Part shown: in pieces, positions 49,204 through 58,242 of the stretch
Layout of the letters: every line of letters begins with the position of its first letter
How positions within the stretch are numbered: position 1 is the first letter of the stretch
Origin: Candidatus Algichlamydia australiensis
Lineage (GTDB): Bacteria; Chlamydiota; Chlamydiia; Chlamydiales; JAJFMI01
DNA length: 64,000 nt
Assembly: GCA_033977065.1 (NCBI GenBank)
Contig: JAXCHI010000002.1
Span: 96,001-160,000, forward strand
Direction: 5' to 3'
Notes under the pieces: model-generated
What the model was told of the DNA's origin: nothing
Seen by the model: only the letters and a program-made list of their open reading frames with translations
The model's database searches: none
Translations under genes and position numbers: made by a program

Positions 49204-49260
49204 AAACTCAAGTTGCTACCCAGTCTCTCCAGAGGGGGAACGGGGTAGCAACTTGAGTTT
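49204..49260. repeat. 57-bp internally deleted copy of hairpin type C; probable terminator for cysS
   Basis: AAACTCAAGTTGCTACCC...GGGTAGCAACTTGAGTTT, inverted relative to 11787-11949; 10 bp after the cysS stop. Confidence 0.85.
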
Positions 49261-49396
49261 CTAATCCTTTGTATTATAAAAAATAAATATTATTTAATTT
49301 TTTAATTACTGTTGAGTCAAAAATAGTCTGCGTTTACATGTTTTTTAATTGGTAATGTGGTAAGATATTCTTTTTATAATTCATTAAGGGAGTAGC

Positions 49397-50242
49397 ATGA
49401 AAAAGCTTGGGACGTCATTTTTTATCTTTTTTAGCCTATTTGGATCGATTGATCTTGGAAAGACCCCTCAACGAGCTAAATTTGTACAACAAGAGGTGTT
49501 TACAGTCTCTTTAAAAGAGCGTTATCGACTGAACAATCGTACTTTTCACGTTGTCTTAGAGGCTCCAGAAATTTCTTATACTCCTGGCTCTGTAATTGCT
49601 ATTTATCCTGAAAGCTCTTCGGAGACATTTCGGCCTCGCCATCGCTACTATTCAATTGCATCTTCATTAAAAGCAACTCCAGGAGAAATTCATTTAACAG
49701 TTGTCACATTTACAAAAGAGAAAGATGGTCATAAAACTCCTGGTCTTTGTAGCAACTTTCTTTGCAAAGAGGCAAAAATTGGACAGAAAATTAACTGCTT
49801 TATTCCAAGTAAAAAAAAGTTTTCCCCGCCAAAAAGTCCCGATTCGCCTGTTATCATGATTAGTTCAGGCGCAGGCATTGCTCCATTTCGTGGCTTTATG
49901 CAAGAGCGCAGTCAGACCCCCTCAAAGAATTGGCTTATCCATGGGGGACGCACTTACAAAGATGATTTTTACTACCAAGAGGAGTGGGAAAGACTCATAG
50001 CTTCAGATCATCTAAAAGTGACAACAGCATTTTCGCGAGATCAGGATGAAAAAATTTATGTTCAACACCGCATGCATGAGCACGCAGAAGAGATTCGCAA
50101 GTGGATTGATGAAGGCGCTGTAGTGTACATCTGTGGAAACTCAAAACAGATGGTGAAAGATGTGACAAAAACACTAGAAGAGATCTTAGGTAGCAAAGAA
50201 CAGGTAGATAGCTTGCGAAAAGCGGGCCGCCTCTTTCCTTAA
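49397..50242 (+). CDS. Truncated CysJ/ferredoxin-NADP reductase-like flavoprotein
   Basis: RYYSIASS, GLCSNFL, SGAGIAPFRGF, AFSRDQ, YICG; no flavodoxin domain. Confidence 0.8.
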   Translation: MKKLGTSFFIFFSLFGSIDLGKTPQRAKFVQQEVFTVSLKERYRLNNRTFHVVLEAPEISYTPGSVIAIYPESSSETFRPRHRYYSIASSLKATPGEIHLTVVTFTKEKDGHKTPGLCSNFLCKEAKIGQKINCFIPSKKKFSPPKSPDSPVIMISSGAGIAPFRGFMQERSQTPSKNWLIHGGRTYKDDFYYQEEWERLIASDHLKVTTAFSRDQDEKIYVQHRMHEHAEEIRKWIDEGAVVYICGNSKQMVKDVTKTLEEILGSKEQVDSLRKAGRLFP

Positions 50243-50258
50243 CCTATTCAGTGATTCT

Positions 50259-51617
50259 TTAATTGGCTTTTTTAGCTAAAGGAGAAAACCCTGAAGGAGC
50301 GCCTTTTTCAACAAGAAAATCATGTAGGCCATGGAGCTTATTCTTGTCTGCTTCTAAAACTTCGTCAGAATTAAGGTTATTTGTGATGATTCTAGTTATT
50401 GCTAGTCCCTTATCATCACGCTTATTTAGCAATTCTGAAAGTTGTTCAGGGTTTTTTTGGAACATGATATCGATAAATTGACGAAAGTTATCCAAATCTA
50501 CCAATCCATCGATTAAAACATAAATTAGAGATTGGTAAATATTGTATACACGAAAATCATAACCTAGATCAAAAAAGTTATGCAGTATGTCAGGAGGGGT
50601 TGAAACAGAAATATCTGTTATTTTAGGGAGGAGAGGTTCGATTTTATTTGGATACTCTTCAAGCAAAAGCCTCATTATTTTGAAAGTTACCTCATTAATT
50701 TTCTCTTCAAATTGATCTCGTCGGAATGAATAACAATCGGCTGGAACCCAACAGCCGTTAAACAAGAGTTCAATAAAGGTGGTTTTTTCTGAGCTCTTTG
50801 CATCAAGAGTATGAGAATTGATCTCTAATAAAAACAAAAAGGAATCGTAGTTTAATATTGTCCATTTATATAAAAAGTTGTCGAATAACTTAGGTGTACT
50901 TAACTCATTTTTGACCTTTTCTCCCGAAGAAGGCTCATTAAATTTATACAGTGTTTTCGCTTCTTCGAGATTATTAGATTCTATGAAAGCCCAGAAGAAA
51001 GAAGATGCATTTTTACGGATAAGATCGGGATGATTTTTTTTAAGAAACTGGTAGCAACTAGTTTGATTGGCACTAGTAATATTCGAAACTACCTGAGATA
51101 TGAGGGTTTCTTCAAATTTACTAGACATATTTATGTATCCAAACCCATTTCCAATTTTTAAATACCATTCGATATAGGTTGGGTCATCATTTTTAAAGCT
51201 ATCTAACGCTTTAAAAATTTTGTTTCTAGCATTGAATATTGAGAAGAAAATATTTCCAACTGTTAACACGGTTAAAAAGGAAATGAATACTTGTGATGAT
51301 TTTCCAGAAAATTCTAAATTTGTAGAGTTGCATTTTTTAAAAATAGGTCTAAAAATATTAAATAGGGCAAAATTAAAATAAATAGAGAACTTTATTCCCG
51401 CAATTATATAAGGAATAGAAAGCTTTTGCACCCTCTCTCTTTTCTCAATTGGACCTACAAGATGATCTTCATTAAGTGCTCTTCCAACTGAATCAATGAG
51501 CACATTTATTGCCACAGCGGTTACTGTAGCTCTGTTTAAATACAGAGGTGCTAATCTCTGAATACCAGATAAGGAGAAAGCAGCGCATTTAGAAAGCGCA
51601 CACGTAATATTACTCAT
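50259..51617 (-). CDS. AT-rich hypothetical protein, paralog of 51674-53059
   Basis: Shared motifs including FLVEKGAPSGF. Confidence 0.75.
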   Translation of the reverse strand: MSNITCALSKCAAFSLSGIQRLAPLYLNRATVTAVAINVLIDSVGRALNEDHLVGPIEKRERVQKLSIPYIIAGIKFSIYFNFALFNIFRPIFKKCNSTNLEFSGKSSQVFISFLTVLTVGNIFFSIFNARNKIFKALDSFKNDDPTYIEWYLKIGNGFGYINMSSKFEETLISQVVSNITSANQTSCYQFLKKNHPDLIRKNASSFFWAFIESNNLEEAKTLYKFNEPSSGEKVKNELSTPKLFDNFLYKWTILNYDSFLFLLEINSHTLDAKSSEKTTFIELLFNGCWVPADCYSFRRDQFEEKINEVTFKIMRLLLEEYPNKIEPLLPKITDISVSTPPDILHNFFDLGYDFRVYNIYQSLIYVLIDGLVDLDNFRQFIDIMFQKNPEQLSELLNKRDDKGLAITRIITNNLNSDEVLEADKNKLHGLHDFLVEKGAPSGFSPLAKKAN

Positions 51618-51673
51618 TTTATCATCTCTCGGGGTTTGTATTTTGTTTCATAGAACTAAATATTAATTTTATT

Positions 51674-53059
51674 TTAATTCATAGCAGCACTCTTAGTCGG
51701 ATTTGGGAATCCTGAAGGAGCACCTTTTTCTACTAAAAACACGTGTAGATCACTAATTAAGCCTTTTTGCTCTTCTGAAATTTGGATATGCTCATTAGTA
51801 GTAATCATTTTTACAAGAGAGAGTGTAAAATATTTGCCTTTTATTAATTCAGAAAAGCCCGAAGGATCGATTTCTTCTACTAATTCAATAAATTCTTTGA
51901 ATTTTGTGATCTTTTCTTTATCGAAGTTAGCAGTTCTAAGTATGGGACCATAAAACCCTTGGGTGTGTAAATCTATTGCTGAATTAGAGAACGTTCTATA
52001 AAGAGTTGTTTTTTGAACTCTATATCCAATATCATATAGTTTGGGAAGAATTTCTGGAGCTTCAAAAAAAGAAAAAGAATTAATCTTTGGAAAATATTCT
52101 TTTACTGATTCTGGGTAGTGTTCTATTATATGGCTTTTAGTCCTTAATCTCTCATTTTCTATTTCTTCATCTGCAATATTGGGATTCCATGTATTTACAA
52201 AAATAGATTTATTGAGAGTATGACCATGACTGTTTTTTATTTTGAATAAGTTGGGGTTAATTTTAAGTAAAAAGACGAGGGATTCATAAGTTAAATAGTC
52301 CCAAGACAAAAACTCTCCCTTGAAAATATTATTTGTTGTGAGAATATTTATTATTCCATTTTTATCGCAATACGATTTATGAAACTCAAATAACTCCCTT
52401 GCTTTTTCCAAATTTTTCGAAATTATAAAACGTTTGAAAAAGGCAGAAACATGTTCGTGGATAAATTTGGGATGGGTATCCTTTACATACTGATAAACTT
52501 CTACTTGGCCGTTTTCAATATTCAAGCAAAGATTTCTGCTTAGCAAACTATTGAAATAATCTATTTTTTTAAAAATATTAAGAGCATAGTTAGCTGTAAA
52601 AAAGGTGCCAATATAGGTTGTATTATTATTTTCAAAACTTTTTTGAAGTTTATTTTCAATATAAGACTTGATTTTTTCTCTGCCATTTATAATAGATAAA
52701 CCAATATTTCCAATAGTTATTGCCAACAACACTACACCAAACTGTTTTGTTAAACTCTTATGAATTGGATTCTCAAAACCCTCAGGTAAGTTTTCTGGAA
52801 TATTTAAAAAAACAAGGCCAACTACCGATAAATCATATAGTACAAACCTAGTAAGAAGTTGTGTTTCATTAAAAATTTTATTAAATCGACTAGGATACCC
52901 ATTTGCTCCAATGATGTGTGCTTCACCAAAAATTTTATAACCTGCACATTCAATTAAGATATTCACAGCAAGTGTTGTGATAACAGCTGCGTTACGAGAA
53001 ACCGGAGTTAAAGCTCGGTACCCAGAGCTTATAAGAGAACTACATTGAGAAAGCTGCAT
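51674..53059 (-). CDS. AT-rich hypothetical protein, paralog of 50259-51617
   Basis: Shared motifs including FLVEKGAPSGF. Confidence 0.75.
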   Translation of the reverse strand: MQLSQCSSLISSGYRALTPVSRNAAVITTLAVNILIECAGYKIFGEAHIIGANGYPSRFNKIFNETQLLTRFVLYDLSVVGLVFLNIPENLPEGFENPIHKSLTKQFGVVLLAITIGNIGLSIINGREKIKSYIENKLQKSFENNNTTYIGTFFTANYALNIFKKIDYFNSLLSRNLCLNIENGQVEVYQYVKDTHPKFIHEHVSAFFKRFIISKNLEKARELFEFHKSYCDKNGIINILTTNNIFKGEFLSWDYLTYESLVFLLKINPNLFKIKNSHGHTLNKSIFVNTWNPNIADEEIENERLRTKSHIIEHYPESVKEYFPKINSFSFFEAPEILPKLYDIGYRVQKTTLYRTFSNSAIDLHTQGFYGPILRTANFDKEKITKFKEFIELVEEIDPSGFSELIKGKYFTLSLVKMITTNEHIQISEEQKGLISDLHVFLVEKGAPSGFPNPTKSAAMN

Positions 53060-53060
53060 T

Positions 53061-53480
53061 TTAATTCCTATCTTTCAAGGTTCTATATCTCTCTCCACAA
53101 AAAAACCAAGAGTCTTCTAACTTCCAGCTAAATGGATTATACTTGTAGACGTGCTTATCCACCTCTTGGAAAAAACTTAGGTCAGCATCATGCTTTGCAT
53201 AGTGATGCACTTTCGCCGCAGCAATTGTTAAGACATTTAGAATGGCAAATGAATAAAAGAGTTGTGCTGGAAAAGATTTCCGCGGTGTATCGAATAAGTT
53301 CTTTATTCCTGCATAAACTACTACAGCGGATGTAAAGACTCCAAATTTATTAACCTGAGTTGCCTCTTTTGCTGTCCACACATTTGCTGCTACAAGAGCA
53401 ATGGTTGCTACGGCGTCTGTGCCTTGAACAAATTTGGGATCTATTTTAGGGATAAAATTTTGTACTGTTTTAATATTCAT
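53061..53480 (-). CDS. Small hydrophobic hypothetical protein
   Basis: ATGA-coupled to the upstream ORF; hydrophobic segments. Confidence 0.65.
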   Translation of the reverse strand: MNIKTVQNFIPKIDPKFVQGTDAVATIALVAANVWTAKEATQVNKFGVFTSAVVVYAGIKNLFDTPRKSFPAQLFYSFAILNVLTIAAAKVHHYAKHDADLSFFQEVDKHVYKYNPFSWKLEDSWFFCGERYRTLKDRN

Positions 53481-53869
53481 TTTTTTAATTCATCCTCGGG
53501 ATAGTAAATTGGAGAGGTATTCTCTTTATTTTCAAAAAAACTATTTATGAAAGAGGCTGTTTCCCTTCCAAGATTTTGTGAGGTTTCTATGAGTTCGTTT
53601 GATTTATTGTAAGCGTATATTAAGACGTTCATAGCAGTTAAAAGATAGAAGAGGGGATTGAGTTTGGTAAAGTGGCAAGAAGCTAGCCCCAATGCTATAT
53701 TTGGTCCTGTAAGCGATCTTTGAATCAAATAGGGATTTTCGTTTCTATACTGGTTGTCAAAGTAAATATTTGAAATAAGCGCTGCAACTTTAGTTGTAAC
53801 TTTTAATGTATGTGTTATTTGCTCTACTGTAGGAAGGGGGAGATATCTCCCTAAGACTGCAGCTGACAT
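53477..53869 (-). CDS. Small hydrophobic hypothetical protein
   Basis: AGGAG RBS; first gene of a tight four-gene run. Confidence 0.65.
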   Translation of the reverse strand: MSAAVLGRYLPLPTVEQITHTLKVTTKVAALISNIYFDNQYRNENPYLIQRSLTGPNIALGLASCHFTKLNPLFYLLTAMNVLIYAYNKSNELIETSQNLGRETASFINSFFENKENTSPIYYPEDELKK

Positions 53870-53939
53870 AGATCGGTCTCCTGATTTATAGAGAAAATTT
53901 TACCACAGATAGAGATATACTAAAATAGTATTAAAATTT

Positions 53940-56174
53940 TTATTCCTCGGGGCGCATAACAGGAAAGAAGACCACGTCGCGAATACTGGTTTCTCCTGTA
54001 AAGAGCATGGTAAGACGATCGATGCCGATACCAAAGCCGCCAGTAGGAGGCATTCCCTGGCAGATCGCTTCAAGGAACTCTTCATCGAGGGGACTCGCCT
54101 CTTCATCACCTGCTTCGCGCTTTTCATTTTGCTGGACGAGCAGTTGGCGTTGGATTTCTGGGTCGTTGAGTTCGGTGTAGGCGTTGCAAAATTCAAAGCC
54201 AAGGATGAATGTTTCAAAACGCTCAACGATCTGCTCTTCGCGCTCTTTCGGATTGCGATGCAGCTTGCAGAGAGGAGTCGTTTCAATCGGGTGATCGATG
54301 ATGTGTGTAGGCTGAATAAGATGATGTTCAACGAGTTCTTCAAAGAGCATAGCGATCAGTTTGCCGCGTGGAGCGTTGTCGATCGCTTCTTGTTCAAGAT
54401 CGGATTTGTCGGAGAGAGTCTTGCGTATCTGCTCATCTGAGAGTTTTTCAACATTGATATTGGCATACTCTTGGATGCTATCTTTCATTGTGATGCGCTT
54501 CCAAGGGCGTTGCAGGTTGATTGCGTGCTCTTTTCCCTCTTTATCTTTGCGCATGCCGATCTGTGTGGTGCCGAAAAGGGCGAGAGCGACATCTTCAAAG
54601 ATTTTTTCTACAAAGTCCATCACATCATTGTAATCCCAGTATGCCGCGTAGGCTTCGAGCATAGTGAATTCGGGATTGTGTGTGCGGTCGATACCCTCAT
54701 TGCGAAAAACTTTTGCGAGTTCATAGACGCGCTCAAAGCCTCCTACAATGAGTTTTTTGAGAGGAAGCTCAAGAGAGATGCGCAAAAACATCTCTAGGTT
54801 GAGGGCGTTGAGGTGCGAGACGAAGGGACGCGCTTCGGCACCGCCATACATGTTTTGCAGAACGGGATTTTCGACTTCCAGAAACTTTGTCTCCTCCATT
54901 GTTTTGCGAATGGTGGAGAGGATTTTTGAGCGAACTTTAAATGTCTCGATCGACTGTTTGTTGGTGATCAGGTCGAGCCAGCGCTTGCGGTAGCGTGTGC
55001 CTTTATCGGTTAGGCCGTGATGCTTGTCGGGAAGCGGAAGAAGAGATTTTGTAAGAAGAGTGACCTCTTTAGCATAGAGAGTAAGCTCGCCTTTTTGCGT
55101 GCGAAAGAGGTGGCCTGAGACGCCAATAATATCGCCAAGGTCGATCTTCTTTTCAATAAATTTTATTGCTGATTCCCCATCGGGCAGCCCGCAAACAGTT
55201 GTATGATCGCGGTTGAACATCACTTGAACGCGCTCTCCCTCTTCTTGCAGATGGGCAAAAGCGTTTTTTCCCATAGCGCGAAAGAGCATGAGACGGCCAG
55301 CGACACAGCTCTCAGGTGTGGTCCCACTTGCTGCTGCTTCGCTATCTGCTAACTCCTCTTTTTCATATTTACTATTGAGGTCGCGAATCGCGTGAGTGGG
55401 AGAGTACTTGTGCGGATAGGGATTCATTCCTGATGCGCGAATCTCAGCTAGTTTTTCTGAGCGCTTTTTAAAGTCGTCCCACCGAAAGTAATCGGGAAGG
55501 GGGTTGGCAATGATGATTTTTTCTTCAACAAAGCCGCCGCAATATTTTTCGATCAGGGTTTTAAGCTCAAGAGTAGCCTGGCGCAGCTCTTCTTTAGTCG
55601 TGCTTTCTAAACCCTCAATAACAAAGTTTGCGTTAGTTGTATTCTCAGTGACTTTACTCTTCTCACATTCACGATAGTTCCAAGAGCGACAGAGTACTTC
55701 CTCATCGTCGCGGTAGATAACCTCACCGGGATTCACATTTACCGTTTTGTCACCACCCAAAATAGTGAAGGGCTCATTACCTTCTGCAACCGTTAGTTCA
55801 ATTTTTCCCTTCACGTGATCAAGGTCATCAGAACCAGCTGCTAGGGTATGCTTTAAAGAGATAAGGTTGTAGAGATTGACAAGGGGATTGATGTCGGGAA
55901 GCTCTTTACCCTGCAAAGCGCGACGCGTGAGCGCTTCAACAGAGCTGCGATCTTTAGAACCAAAAGCGCGGTAGGCTTCACGCCAATCTTTAATCTTAGG
56001 CACCTGAGAAATTTTTTCAATTTCATAGCGCTCGCGAATCTCTTTTTCAGCAACGCGTAGCTGCTCCAAGATTTCTGCATGCGCTTTGCGATTATTGGCA
56101 CCGCGAACGGTAACAACCCCAAGCTTGGCATGGGGGAATTTCTTTTTAATTTCTGGGGCTATTTGTACGATCAT
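53940..56174 (-). CDS. lysS: Lysine--tRNA ligase (class II) with N-terminal B3/4 domain
   Basis: aa ~1-220 B3/4-like (WREAYRAFG, SSVEALTRR, INPLVNLYNLISL, GEVIYRDD, WNYRE); then RYRKRWLDL, FRNEGIDRTHNPEFT, GMPPTGGFGIGIDRL. Confidence 0.95.
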   Translation of the reverse strand: MIVQIAPEIKKKFPHAKLGVVTVRGANNRKAHAEILEQLRVAEKEIRERYEIEKISQVPKIKDWREAYRAFGSKDRSSVEALTRRALQGKELPDINPLVNLYNLISLKHTLAAGSDDLDHVKGKIELTVAEGNEPFTILGGDKTVNVNPGEVIYRDDEEVLCRSWNYRECEKSKVTENTTNANFVIEGLESTTKEELRQATLELKTLIEKYCGGFVEEKIIIANPLPDYFRWDDFKKRSEKLAEIRASGMNPYPHKYSPTHAIRDLNSKYEKEELADSEAAASGTTPESCVAGRLMLFRAMGKNAFAHLQEEGERVQVMFNRDHTTVCGLPDGESAIKFIEKKIDLGDIIGVSGHLFRTQKGELTLYAKEVTLLTKSLLPLPDKHHGLTDKGTRYRKRWLDLITNKQSIETFKVRSKILSTIRKTMEETKFLEVENPVLQNMYGGAEARPFVSHLNALNLEMFLRISLELPLKKLIVGGFERVYELAKVFRNEGIDRTHNPEFTMLEAYAAYWDYNDVMDFVEKIFEDVALALFGTTQIGMRKDKEGKEHAINLQRPWKRITMKDSIQEYANINVEKLSDEQIRKTLSDKSDLEQEAIDNAPRGKLIAMLFEELVEHHLIQPTHIIDHPIETTPLCKLHRNPKEREEQIVERFETFILGFEFCNAYTELNDPEIQRQLLVQQNEKREAGDEEASPLDEEFLEAICQGMPPTGGFGIGIDRLTMLFTGETSIRDVVFFPVMRPEE

Positions 56175-56294
56175 TTCTCAGTTCCTTCCCTCCCATTCTA
56201 GAGAGTTGCCTCTCTTTTGGCAAGGGTTCACAATTTTTCTTTACCTGTATGTAAATTTTTGATAAACTCAGGGAGTTTTTGGATTTGGAGAAAG

Positions 56295-58238
56295 ATGCAA
56301 TTACAAGATTTGCAAAAGCTCGTAGTTAAGGGAGAGTCTGAAACCCTTGAATTTAAAAAAACAACTGGACAAAGATGTGAGGCAGCGAAAACAATTTGTG
56401 CATTTTTGAATGGAGTTGGTGGGTATGTGCTTTTTGGTATTTCCGACGATGGAAAACTTATTGGACAGCAAATAACAACAAAAACTTTAGAAGATATTAC
56501 GCATGAAATACGCAAATTGGAGCCTCCTGCATTTCCAGAAATAGAAATTGTTGGGGTTCGGTCAAATAGGTCAGTGATTGTTGTGCGAGTCCCAGGAAAA
56601 TTTGGGACGTTTTCCTATTGTGGACGGCCTTATATTCGACTTGGCTCTACAACACAGATCATGCCGCGTGAAGAGTATGAAAAACGTATATTGGATAAAT
56701 TTCATGCTCATCGAAGATGGGAAAATGAGCTTGCTCCTGATTGGGTGACAATCGCGGATTTGGATGAGGAAGAGATAGAGACTACATTGCAAAATGCGAT
56801 TCAGCTTGGGAGGATGAGGCAACCTTCTAAAACAGATTCTGAGTCAATTTTAAGGGGGTTAGGTCTCATAGATCAGAATCGGTTGATCAATGCAGCTATT
56901 GCTTTATATGGGAAAAGTGAAAAATTATTTTCGTGCTTTCCTCAGCTTATGATGAAACTGGCTAGATTTCGAGGAGCTGATCGGTTGCAAGGATTTATTG
57001 ATAATCGCGAATACTGGGGGAGTGCTTTTTCTTTGTTAAAAAGAAGTGAGCAGTTTTTACTTGATCATGTTCCTATTGCAGGTAGGGTAGTTCCTGGGAA
57101 AATGATTCGTGAAGATTATCCACTATTTCCCCCACTTGCTATTCGTGAGGCGATGGCAAATGCAATTTGCCATCGGGATTATACCACTTCTGGGGGAGCG
57201 GTTGGTATTGCCATGTATGATGATCATCTTGAAGTAATCAATCCGGGAACATTTCATTTTGATATTACACCTGAAAAACTCTCTTTACCACACGAATCCA
57301 AACCTTGGAATCCCATTATTGCAAGTGTGTTATATCGGGCGGGTGTGATAGAAAAGTGGGGAACAGGAACTTTAAATATCATTGAATGGTGTGTTAAAAA
57401 CAAAAATCCAGCTCCAGAATGGAAAGTACGGTCCCAATCTGTTGTAACGACTTTTTACCCTTCATCAGTGTTTAGTGGATACAAAAAACCCGAGTTGAGG
57501 CCCGAGTCATTAGAGGCAGAGGTGGTAAAATTGCTTCAAAAAGGAGCTCTCTCAAAGTCTGAAATAGCCCAATCTTTAGGGCATAAAAAGATATCTGGTG
57601 CATTGAAGAAAACACTCGATCAGCTGCTTAAGAAAAAAGAGATTTTTTATACAATCCCCGAAAAACCAAATAGTAAATTTCAGAAATATAAAAGTCCTGA
57701 ATCGGGGCCCGAGTTGAGGCCCGAGTTGAGGCCCGAGTTGAGGCCCGAGTTGAGGCCCGAGTCATTAGAGACTGAGGTGGTAAAGTTGCTTCAAAAAGGA
57801 GCTCTCTCAAAGTCTGAAATAGCCCAATCTTTAGGGCATAAAAAGATATCTGGTGCATTGAAGAAAACACTCGATCAGCTGCTTAAGAAAAAAGAGATTT
57901 TTTACACAATTCCTGAGAAACCAAATAGTAGACTTCAAAAATACAAAAGGCCCGAGTCGAGGCCCGAGTTGAGGCCCGAGTCGAGGCCCGAGTCGAGGCC
58001 TGAGTCGAGGCCTGAGTCGAGGCCTGAGTCAAGGCCTGAGTCACTCGAAATGGCTATATTAAAATTACTAGGAGAGAAGCCTCGATCAAAATCTGAAATT
58101 GCTGCTGCTTTAGGTCACAAGCACGTTTCTGGGGGGCTGAAAAAATTGCTTCTTCTTCTGTTGCAACAAGGCAAAATTGCTTACACGATTCCTGAAAAGC
58201 CAAATAGTAGGTTGCAAAAATACCGATTAGAAAATTAA
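56295..58238 (+). CDS. AlbA_2/Schlafen-domain protein with RecG-C/HATPase-like region and three C-terminal HTH repeats
   Basis: GESETLEFK, CAFLNGVGG..LFGISDDG; REAMANAICHRDY, NPG, WNPIIA, EKWGTG; three copies of SKSEIA..LGHK...YTIPEKPNS..QKY; GGAG before ATG at 56295. Confidence 0.85.
   Translation: MQLQDLQKLVVKGESETLEFKKTTGQRCEAAKTICAFLNGVGGYVLFGISDDGKLIGQQITTKTLEDITHEIRKLEPPAFPEIEIVGVRSNRSVIVVRVPGKFGTFSYCGRPYIRLGSTTQIMPREEYEKRILDKFHAHRRWENELAPDWVTIADLDEEEIETTLQNAIQLGRMRQPSKTDSESILRGLGLIDQNRLINAAIALYGKSEKLFSCFPQLMMKLARFRGADRLQGFIDNREYWGSAFSLLKRSEQFLLDHVPIAGRVVPGKMIREDYPLFPPLAIREAMANAICHRDYTTSGGAVGIAMYDDHLEVINPGTFHFDITPEKLSLPHESKPWNPIIASVLYRAGVIEKWGTGTLNIIEWCVKNKNPAPEWKVRSQSVVTTFYPSSVFSGYKKPELRPESLEAEVVKLLQKGALSKSEIAQSLGHKKISGALKKTLDQLLKKKEIFYTIPEKPNSKFQKYKSPESGPELRPELRPELRPELRPESLETEVVKLLQKGALSKSEIAQSLGHKKISGALKKTLDQLLKKKEIFYTIPEKPNSRLQKYKRPESRPELRPESRPESRPESRPESRPESRPESLEMAILKLLGEKPRSKSEIAAALGHKHVSGGLKKLLLLLLQQGKIAYTIPEKPNSRLQKYRLEN
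57693..57764 (+). repeat. 12-bp coding tandem repeat x6 (RPEL/RPES)
   Basis: AGGCCCGAGTTG-type units. Confidence 0.9.
57948..58043 (+). repeat. 12-bp coding tandem repeat x8 (RPES)
   Basis: AGGCC(C/T)GAGTC(G/A)-type units. Confidence 0.9.
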
Positions 58239-58242
58239 TCGT

